A stretch of DNA of 64,000 nucleotides from Lama guanicoe (lineage: Eukaryota), in contig MU053881.1 in NCBI GenBank assembly GCA_013239625.1, positions 15,864,373 to 15,928,372 on the forward strand. The letters run 5' to 3'. A program made the position numbers and the translations under genes. Below the pieces are notes generated by a model. That model saw only the letters and a program-made list of their open reading frames with translations. It made no database searches and was not told the DNA's origin. Position 1 is the first letter of the stretch, and every line of letters begins with the position of its first letter. Below are positions 1 through 24,287 of this stretch, in pieces.

Positions 1-636
1 ACCTTTAGGCCTCTGATCAGCCATACCCTCCACCAGGAAGCTTCTTCCCCATTTTGTCTGCCTGACTTCCCCTTGTTCTTCGGAGCTCATCTTCTGCCCC
101 CTCCTCTGGGGAGGCCTCCCTGACCACCCTCATCATGGCCTGAAACTCTTGTGTACACTCTGCCTGGTCACGTGTCCACCCCCCAAAAGACCAAGAAGGT
201 GGCAGGGCTGGGTCTGTCACACAGTAGTTCAGGAGTCAGCAATTTATAGGTCTGTGTCCCGGCCCAGGGGCCAAATCCCGCCCACTATCGGAAGCCCCGC
301 CCCTTCAGGTACACACTGTTTACTGCTGTTTTTGCATCACAGCTGCAGAACTGAATTATTGCTGCAGAGGCTGTGTCCTCGAAAAACGGAAAACATTTAT
401 TCTCTGGTTCTTTAAGAAAAAAGTATGCACTTCCTGCCCTGGACAATTAAAGCAGGGTTTTGTGAAAGACAGGCTAAGAGTTAGGGTTAGTAGAAAAAAC
501 AAAAAAAAGAAATGAAGGGAGAAATACCTGTATGCTCTAGAGTTGGGAAGGTTTAAAACAAATACAACTTCAAAAGCACAAACGATAAGATTAAAAAAGG
601 GAAGGGGGTTAAGTTTGTATTAAAAGTAGGGATTTA

Positions 637-770
637 GGGGAGTGTACAGCTCAGTGGTAGAGCGTATGCTTAACATGCACAAGGTCCTGGGCTCAATCCC
701 CAGTAGCTCCACCCAAAATAAGTAAATAAACCTAATTACCTCCTCACTAAAAATAAATAAATAAATAAAG
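637..770 (+). mobile_element. tRNA-Ala-derived SINE (camelid vic-1-like)
   Basis: GGGGAG..TAGCTCAGTGGTAGAG...GTCCTGGG.TCAATCCCCAG head, CCTAATTACCTCC body and A-rich tail. Confidence 0.85.
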
Positions 771-876
771 GTTAAAAAATTGTTAAAAAAAATTTTTTAA
801 AGTAGGGGCTTCTTTTTCAACAAAGGGCACCGTGGACCAAGTTAATAGCTGGACTCCAAAATAGATGAGATTTAGA

Positions 877-1008
877 GGGGGGTATAGTATGACTGAATGA
901 TGGAGTGTGTGCTTAGCGTGCACAAGGCACGAGGTCCTGAGTTCAATCCCCAGCACCTCCATTAAAACCAACCAACCAACCAACCTAATTACCTCCTCAC
1001 CAAAAAAA
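877..1008 (+). mobile_element. tRNA-Ala-derived SINE with TSD
   Basis: Same family; flanked by the direct repeat AGATGAGATTTAGA; inserted in an old L1 fragment. Confidence 0.85.
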
Positions 1009-1434
1009 CAGATGAGATTTAGAATGTCAGCAACTGCTAAGGAATGAACATCTAGACTCTTACGGGGAACTCCCGTAAATCACAAAGAAAGAGTGAGGCA
1101 AGACAAAGATGAGTGAAATATATGAGCAGGTGATTTACAGAAGAGGAAACCTCAGAGCTATGAGATGATTTGCTCAAATTTCCTACTCATCAGAAAAAGG
1201 CAGAAAATGAAGAAATGCACCAAACATTGTAGAATGCCCAGTGGGAGTAGGAGTGAGGGGTGGAAAGAGATAAGTACGTAAATGAAACAAGAGAAGGGCC
1301 CCGTCTGAGCCCACAGGGCTGGCTGGCCGAGAACCGTTATGTCAGACTGGGCACAGGGGCTGAACCAGGACAAACAAGTAAATAGTTGAGGAATCCACAG
1401 ACATACGGGAGGACAGAGAGGCAGGGGGCCGCAC

Positions 1435-16547
<15,113 letters not shown>

Positions 16548-18759
16548 CCTGGGGAGGCGGAGAGCGCTGAGGCCGCGGGCAGCCAGGGCCCCGCCCCACA
16601 GACAGAACAGCCCCGCCCCCAGGACAAGCTCCGCTCCCTCTTCGGGCCAGGCTCCGCCCCATGTCTAGGATTGGGCATGTCTCGGACAGACTCCGCCCCC
16701 GGGCTAGGGCTCCTTCCCGTCCCAAATCGGACACAGGCCGCCTTGCTGCTAACCCGGCCCAGGCTTTTCTGCCAATCACTAGTACAGGCCGCGCCCCAAG
16801 ATAGTGCTCTTCTATCCGTCAGTCACCGTCAAGCCCTGCCCCGTGCCTCGACCTAGCGGCTATAGTCTGGGCCCAAGCTCCACCCTAACGACTTGGCCGC
16901 CAAGCCTAGTGCCCACCTTGGCCCTACCACAGACCCAGGCCCTTCCCAATCAGTTGACTAGGACCCGCCCCCATGCTATGACTAAGCTGCTGTCCTTGGT
17001 TCCCCGGATCCACCCCCACTTCCTATCCTCAAGCCTGTCCAGCTTTCTGGTCCTGGGCTTTCCTCCAGATCCCACCTCCACCTGCACCCGCACCCAGAGC
17101 CTCGCCCTCTCTGAAAGAGGTTTAGCCCCTAGGTTAGGCCTATGGCCCCGCCCACAAGACACACCCCGCCCACTCTGGATCAGGCCCCGCCCCCAGGAAC
17201 TCAAGTCTCGCCCCCAGTCCTGGGCCTAACCCGCATTCCCAGGCTCAAGTTCCACCCCAGCCACCGGCCCCGCCCTCAGGCTTTGGCCCAGCGACAACCC
17301 TCCGGCTTCACTCTGGTCCACCTAGGTGCACCCTAGGCCCCGCCTCACCTGCCCTCCCAAGAAAGTTCTCCTCCGACTGATCTGGCTTAGAGCCCTTCGG
17401 CCGTATAGCCCAGGCCCCCGTTCCGGAGGCCATGAACATAGAGAAGGCCCCCTGGTCAGAGCGACGGCCAACGAGACGCAGGGGCTAGAACGCTCTGGCG
17501 AAGACAGCCGCTGTCTCCATGACAACTAAATTTCACCACGCCCCCTCTCCCTCCTCCCCTCTCTGCCTGGCGATTAGAAAACACGTGCATCCTTTCCAGA
17601 GGCGTGGCTCCCGGGCGCTCCTTGGCGCACCCTCCCTAGCTTTACTGCAACCAAGATCCCTACCCCGAGGGACTAGAAAGTCCCAGTTCACACTCAGGGC
17701 CTACCTGTGCTGGATTCTTGCCCTATCTTGTTCTAAATCCAATCCCCAAAGCCTCTTCGGTTTTAAACACATTCCAAGGACCCGGAGAGTCCTAAACTCA
17801 CAGGCTATGGGCCCCAGAAGATCTCAGTCTTAAGAGATATACTTTAAGAACCCAGCTAATCCCAAATCCATTTCCCCAAATCTTGTCAGTTAAGTCTCAG
17901 TGTAACATCCCAGGAGCCCAGGGAGGATAAAATCCACATACCAGGTCCCCACCCTTCCACAGGAAGCTCCACAGAGTCCTTTATTTGCATTCCAGGGTCC
18001 TAAATGCTCAGCTAGATACCCCAAAGATTTCCTTCTGGTCAGGCGCTGCCAGTGCTGGCCTGGCTACCCACCACCCTGTTCCCTGGCTGACCTAGAGCCA
18101 CTTACAGACCAGACCCTCAGTCTTTAGCTGCTCCCTCGCGGGCTCCCAGAAGCTCAGGCTGTAGACGGGCAAGGAGAGCAAGGCCAAGACACAGGACACC
18201 ACACCTAGCCTGAGCAGGTGGGCCCCTCGGGGCCTCTGTTTCTGAAGAGTCCTGGGACCTGCTCTGACGGCTTTGTGCCCATGCGGGCTTCTGCCTTGGA
18301 TCCCCCTCTCCAAGCTCCCCCTCCTCTGCACCCCCTGCCCACCCCACCCCTGCTTGTTCTCTGCCCTTCTTGGCCGACCTTCTCAGCACTCTCCTTGGGA
18401 GGTGGCCAGGGCGTGCTTCCAGCACTATTTGGAGGACAGGACTGGGCAGGCGCTCACTGCCCCCACCCCCACCTTCCTCGATGCTGCCCATTGGTCGCTG
18501 AGGGCTGCCTAGGGTGGGTGAAATGGGGACGAGGAGGCAGATCCAGAGGACAGGCCCAGAGCCAGCCATTGGTCCCCTACTTTCTCAGCCAGGAGTTAGC
18601 AGAGTCAGCAATGCCCAGTAACAACACCGCACTCTTATCCTGCCAGGTAGCACTGTTGTGATCCCCCCATTTTACAGGTAAAGAAACTGAGGGCTGGAGT
18701 TGTCATTAGCTGGAGTTGAGATTCATTCATTCATAGATGCCGGCTGAAAGCTTGTTCTC

Positions 18760-19120
18760 CTTCCTCCCCCTCCTCCTCCCCTTTCAATCTTCTGTAAACT
18801 TTTCCCTCTTCTCCCTCTGGCCCTAATTCCTTCTACTTCCCCCATTTCCTCCCTTCTTCTCCCCCATTCTTCATCCCCCTTCAAGTTCTCCCTCCCCTCC
18901 TCACTTTCCTCCACTTCCCCCTTTGCTCACCTTTCCCCTACTTCTCTCCCCTCCTCCACCCACTCCTCCTCCCCTTTCCCCCTCTCTCTCCCTCCCTCCT
19001 CCCCACCACTCCCCTTCCCTTCTCTCTCCCCTGTCCCCTGCCGGTTCTTCCTCTTCCTCTTTCTTCTTCTCCTCCTCTTCTCCCCCCTCCACCTTTCTTC
19101 CCTCTCCTCCCTCCATTTTA
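18760..19120. repeat. Pyrimidine-rich (CT) low-complexity tract
   Basis: About 360 nt almost entirely C/T on the plus strand. Confidence 0.9.
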
Positions 19121-19741
19121 CCAAGCTTACTGAGCCCTGACTAAATAGTGCACGTCACAGTCTCTCCCACCTCTCCCCACTGCTCCTGGAGGTACTCTTC
19201 TGGGTCCTCAATACTCCCCAAATCCAGAAGGCTCTGCAAACCCAACTTTTTCTTAGGATAGTGCCAGAACTCCAGTGGAGGGACCACTTCTCCAGCACCA
19301 AGTCAGGCTGTTTTCAGTGATTCAATCATCCCTTTTTAGCCTTTATCCCTTTATATAAGGGCTTTCCCACACCCCCAGGGACATCTTGCAATACATGGTA
19401 GCTTTCACCCTCAGTTACCTTCCTAAGATTTGAAAAGTGTCCAATTCCAAAACATAACTGTTACCAGGGATTCTGGATGACTCATGAAAAAATAGTCCTA
19501 TCCCCATTTCACAGAAGGGGCAACTGAGGCTGGGATAAGGGGACAGAGGGACAGAACTCAGGTTTTAAGGTCAAACCAGGATCTGAGCCTCTTTCACAGG
19601 GGTGGGGTCACCTCTCCCCTCTGCTCCTTGGTTGCTCTCTGGAGGCTATCATCCACCTCCCAGGACACTGTGCACAAAGGGGCTTCTCATCTGGAGAATG
19701 AACAGGGACAGACTGATGGGTGTCTCCCTTCCCCAGGTGAC

Positions 19742-20259
19742 TGTAATAGGGAGGAACAAATCTGACTCCATATTAGATCTGTTCCTTTAGTTCCAACCGT
19801 GTGCTCTGTTTCTGATGCTTAGTCATGCTGGGTCTGCACTTTTTGTAAAAGAATGTGGCCTATAGCCTGAAATATACAGGGTAACCCATTCTCAAGGCTC
19901 TGACCTGTGAAGGTATAACACGTTTCCATTCATATAGAGATAAAAAGTTGCAGAACAGAGAATAACATTTGTCTTGTTGGAGGTTTACAGGAATATTATG
20001 ACCTGATCTATGGGGACAGCTGCAAGAACAAAGGATTCCGATACCAAGAAGTTTGCAACAACCAACCTCACCCCCTCCCCTTTTTAGTATAAAAGGAGCC
20101 TGAATTCTGATTTGGGGGAGATGGTTCTCTAGGACATTAGCCCCCCATCTTTTCCATCTGTTGGCTTTCTGAATAAAGTCATTATTCCTTGCCCCAATAC
20201 CTCGTCTTCCGATTTATTGATCTGTCATGCAGCAAGCAGAGAGTTTGGACTGGGTAACA
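19742..20259 (+). mobile_element. Solo LTR, ERV1 (MER41-like)
   Basis: TGTAA...GTAACA termini, perfect 4-bp TSD TGAC (19738-19741 / 20260-20263), TATAAAA at about 20088, AATAAA at about 20172. Confidence 0.85.
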
Positions 20260-20446
20260 TGACCACAGGGCTGTGAAGGCCATAGCCAAGGGAGTTCTTG
20301 GAACTTCCATTAGAAATTTATGGAAGAACAAGAAAAATGAAGCATATATTGAAATAAAATTACAGGAAGATCACAGCACCGGGGACATGAGCACCATGTG
20401 GGAGTGAGCAATTTCTCCCAGCCATGTTTGAGTGCCCACCACAGTA

Positions 20447-20890
20447 GGGGTGCTGGTTTATTGGGGTTGCATAACAAAGTACCACGAAGTGGGTAGCTTA
20501 AAATAACAGAGTGTATTCTTTCACAGTTCTTCCTGAAGCCAGAGGTCAGAAATGAAATGTTCCCTCTGGAAGTTCCAGGGATGCTTCCTTACCTCTTCTG
20601 GCTTCTTGGGTTTCCAGGCAGTCCTTGACTGGTGGCCATGCTGCTCCAATCTCTGCCTCCATGTTCATATTGCCTTCACCGTGTGTCTGTGTCCTCTCTT
20701 CTGTCTCTTATAAGGACACATGTCATTGGAGTCAGGACCTACCTAGATAATCCAAGATGATCTCATCTTGAAACCCTTAATTTAATTACATCTGCAAAGA
20801 CCCTTTTTCCAAATATGCTTACAGTCACTGGTTCTGGGGGGTTAGGACTTTGATATATCTCTTTAAGGGCCACCAGTCAACCCAATAACA
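20447..20890. mobile_element. MaLR (MLT1-like) LTR
   Basis: GCATAACAAAGTACCAC...TCACAGTTCT...TAATTACATCTGCAAAGACCC signature. Confidence 0.7.
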
Positions 20891-20909
20891 GCAGGGTAAC
20901 CAGCTGGAA

Positions 20910-21123
20910 CAGTAGTTCTCAACTGGGGGACGATTCTGCCCTCTATGGACACTTGATTACACCTGGAGACATTTTTAATTGTTACAAAGAGGAGGTACTA
21001 CTGGCTTCTAGTGAGTTGAAGCCAGGGATGCTACTAAACGTCCTGCCATGTTCAGGACAGCTTCCACATCACAAAGAACGATCTGGCCCCAAATGGCAAG
21101 GGTGCTACAGTTTGGCAATTCTG
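20910..21123 (+). mobile_element. hAT MITE (MER20-like)
   Basis: CAGTAGTTCTCAAC...GGAGACATTTTT..TTGT...GCCAGGGATGCT.CTAAAC signature. Confidence 0.65.
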
Positions 21124-21289
21124 AGATAGCTGAAAGGTCTGGTCAAGTTGAAATGAGCTCTGCTCATCATTCAGTGGGTAGCTTGGCTGCATGAATCAGC
21201 TTCCCCCAGGCTCTGTGCTTCAGCTGTAAAATGGGAGAAAATCACGTAGGCCTTGTAGAGCTGTTTTGAGAACACAAACCTGGCACCTC

Positions 21290-22050
21290 TGTTGACCTTA
21301 AAAATAGAAGTTATTTTACCAGCAAAAATGGGTTTGTTGGGGAATAGCAGAGAATTGCAACTCAGGGCAAGTAAGCTACAGCAAAAATCATAGGCAGGTT
21401 CAACAACAACAACAAAAAGTTGTGGGAGAGGAACATTATTTTTTAGAGAAAAAGAAGGAAGTTGGGAGGCATTATTTTGAAGGAAAATCCATTGGAGGAA
21501 AGTGAGCATTCAGGGTGATGACAGTTTCTCACTGACTGAGTTCCTGGGTTAGTCAATTTCTTATAAAAGATGTGATGTACATTTTTTCTTATTGGTGCCT
21601 GTAATTGATGCTTTTTTCCTCTTGATGATTCTGTTGGGGCCTGTAATTGACAATTCTTCCTGTAATTGACCTTGAGTGGTCCTGCATGAGAGCTCCCCCT
21701 TCTGGCCTCTCAACACCATTTTGGTGAGGTTTCCCTTTATTTTTGCAACTGGTAAACATCATAGAAGAGTTCTCCATTGTTGAGATCATTTCGCTCTCAG
21801 GAACCTCTTGAATTCACAACAGGCTGGGACTTCCCAGGGTTCTGGCAGTATAAGGAAAATTTGACCAGGAAATTGTTTCTAAACAGAATGAAATGGGGAC
21901 ACATCAGGAATGGGCCAGTTAACAGTGCTTGAGAATGTAAATTAAACTCTTGAGAAAGGATTTTGCAGTTTCCTTTTTTATTGTTTAAAGTCAATAGTGA
22001 GTTTCTCGCAGAGTCCATCACATTTTCCCATGTCCAGAAAAGTCCTCAGG
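21290..22050 (-). mobile_element. ERV1 LTR (21290-21746) plus short adjacent internal remnant
   Basis: TG...CA bounded; clearly similar to the LTR at 62710-63183 (GAAACCTCA..AAAATGG...GAGGCCAGAAGG; GGTAAAATAACT). Confidence 0.65.
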
Positions 22051-22172
22051 ACTCGGTGTTCCAGTTAGCTACTGCTGCATAACAAATCACCCAAACTGAG
22101 TGGCTTCACACAAGAGCAGTCAACTATTTCTCAGGATCCTGGGGGTTGCCGAGGTGGTCCCTCTGCTGGTCT

Positions 22173-22731
22173 TGTTAATGGATAGAGAGAATACCCCCCA
22201 AGCTGGAAAGCCCACCAAATGTGTGGGTCTTTGCTCGCCGGGTGAGAAAGAAATCTCAGCACATTCTCAGCAGAGGCAGAGAGACAAAGAGAAAGGCTGT
22301 TTTTATTGCTCCAAAGAGGAAAAGGAAAGAAAGTGCTTGAGCAGGGAGTTGTCAACCAAGGTGGCCAGACGAGAGAGCTCCAGCTTCTGATCAGGCCATG
22401 GGGTCTTTTATTGAAAGGCTCTGTCATCATTATCTTCATTCTGGCGATGCCAATCACCATCTATTATGGGCTCTTTCCTCCCGTGGATCGCAGCCCTAAA
22501 ACAGAAACTTTGATGGGAAAGAGAACCAAAAAAAGAGGTACTGAGATACGGTCTTGGGGTTGATGCAGCAGTTGTAGAAGATAAAATGTCTTGTTGTAGG
22601 GCTATGTCCTTAGAACCAAGGAGCCAACTGTGGGATAAAAGCAGCATCCTGTTTTTCAACAGCCTGGCACTTTCTTTCCCTTATTGTGTTAACCAGCCAA
22701 GGTCAGCAAGCCTGCCTCATCACCTCTCTCA
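22173..22731 (-). mobile_element. Solo LTR inserted into an older MLT element
   Basis: TG...CA ends, perfect 4-bp TSD GTCT (22169-22172 / 22732-22735), minus-strand AATAAA at about 22302-22307. Confidence 0.8.
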
Positions 22732-22869
22732 GTCTCACCTGGTCCAGTCCCTCTGCTACATTCCGCCAGTGGCTGGGCTGGAAGGTCACATGTATGGCAG
22801 TTGGCGCTGGGCATCTAGCTGTCTTCCCTGTGGCCTGTCAACCAATAGGCTAGAGCAGGAGTCACAGGC

Positions 22870-23132
22870 CAATCCTGCTAACTAGGGGCTAAGAATGGGT
22901 GCACAAAAGTCAAAAGATTAATATTGCATGACACCTGAAAATCCTATGAAATTCAAATTTTAGTGTCTGTAAATAAAGTTTGATCAGAACCCAGACACAG
23001 AAATTTATTTACATATTGTCTAGAGCTGCTTTTGCACAATGAGAGGATTGGAAGATGCAACAGAGATCGTATGGCCCACAAATTCGAACATACCTACTCC
23101 CTGGCCCTTTACATAAAAGGTTTGCCAGCCTG
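22870..23132 (+). mobile_element. hAT MITE (MER58-like)
   Basis: GCTAAGAATGG...TATGAAATTCAAATTT.AGTGTC...TGGCCCTTTACA.AAAAGGTTTGCC signature. Confidence 0.65.
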
Positions 23133-23814
23133 TGAGCTAGATCGGTTTCCTTCCATGGGGCATATGGAGGCAGCATTCCAAAAGAGTGAAAGTGGAAGGC
23201 TAAAATAAGGCTTATCCTGCAGAATAAGGAACTCACACCTTCCAGCACATTCTATCAGTCAAGGCAAGTTAGGAGCCAGCCTGGCTTCAAGGAGAGGGGA
23301 ACCAGTTTCCAGCTCTTGATGGGAGGGGGCTGCAAAATTTTCACTTACCATGATTTTCACTTACACACCACGGGATCTTAAGGTGGGCTGTGCAGACACA
23401 GAATTCAGGAGGGTGGAGAAAAAAAGTTTATTCTTATTAACTTCCCATTGGAATTTAGCATGTTTTTCTCAGGGCCTGTCAAAGCAAGTTATTGGCCCTG
23501 TGACTTTGTCACCTATGTAAATCAAAGATAATTTCACAGCACATCCCAGTCACTGCAGGCAGATATCTTGAAATACCATTTCTGCTCATCTCGACTTAGA
23601 AATCACAGTAATGAGAGTAATTTGTAGAGTCCTTGTGATTTAGGATTACTGACTGCATTCGTGAAGCAGCACAGATCTTTTTACGTAACAATTTAATGAA
23701 ATATTTTCACACCAGTATGTCAGTCTAACTGGTTTTTTTTTTTTTTATGCATTTGCAGCCGTCTCCTGAGAAGGACCCATGGGCAGCTGGTCCCCTGCAC
23801 TCAAAGGCAGCAAA

Positions 23815-23885
23815 GAATCAGGTCAAGGTTTAGGCAGATTAGTGAAGTCCTAAACTGGTCTCCTAAAGATTCCTAATCCTGGGAC
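23815..23885 (+). promoter_or_regulatory. NXNL1 proximal promoter with CRX/OTX2-type sites
   Basis: CTAATCC at 23873-23879 and AGATTAG (reverse CTAATCT) at about 23836-23842, plus an AGGTCA nuclear-receptor half-site, 80-140 nt upstream of the ATG of a photoreceptor gene. Confidence 0.6.
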
Positions 23886-23957
23886 AGCAGCCAGCCGGTA
23901 GGCTCAGGGTCACCGGAGGTCCTTCTGCCCTGTTTCCAGCACACAGCCAGGGTTGCC

Positions 23958-24287
23958 ATGGCTTCCCTGTTCTCTGGCCGCGTCCTGATCCGAAACAACA
24001 GCGACCAGGATGAGCTGGACACGGAGGCTGAGCTCAGCCGCAGGCTGGAGAACCGACTGGTTCTCCTATTCTTTGGTGCTGGGTCATGTCCGAAGTGCCA
24101 AGCCTTTGCACCCATCCTCCGGGACTTCTTTGTGCGGCTCACAGATGAGTTCTACGTGCTGCGAGCAGCCCAGCTGGCCCTGGTGTATGTGTCCCAAGAT
24201 CCGACGGAGGAGGAGCAGGATCTGTTCCTCAGGGACATGCCCAAGAAGTGGCTCTTCTTGCCCTTCGAGGATGACATGAGGAGGTGA
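23958..24287 (+). CDS. NXNL1: Rod-derived cone viability factor (RdCVF), 109-aa intron-retention isoform of NXNL1
   Basis: Read-through of the exon-1 donor (AG|GTGA) gives AGG TGA, a 109-aa ORF. This is the length established for RdCVF. Confidence 0.8.
   Translation: MASLFSGRVLIRNNSDQDELDTEAELSRRLENRLVLLFFGAGSCPKCQAFAPILRDFFVRLTDEFYVLRAAQLALVYVSQDPTEEEQDLFLRDMPKKWLFLPFEDDMRR

Noticed and set aside
18723..19144. Glu/Arg/Gly- or Pro/Ser-rich ORFs
   Set aside because: Translation artefacts of the CT-rich tract.
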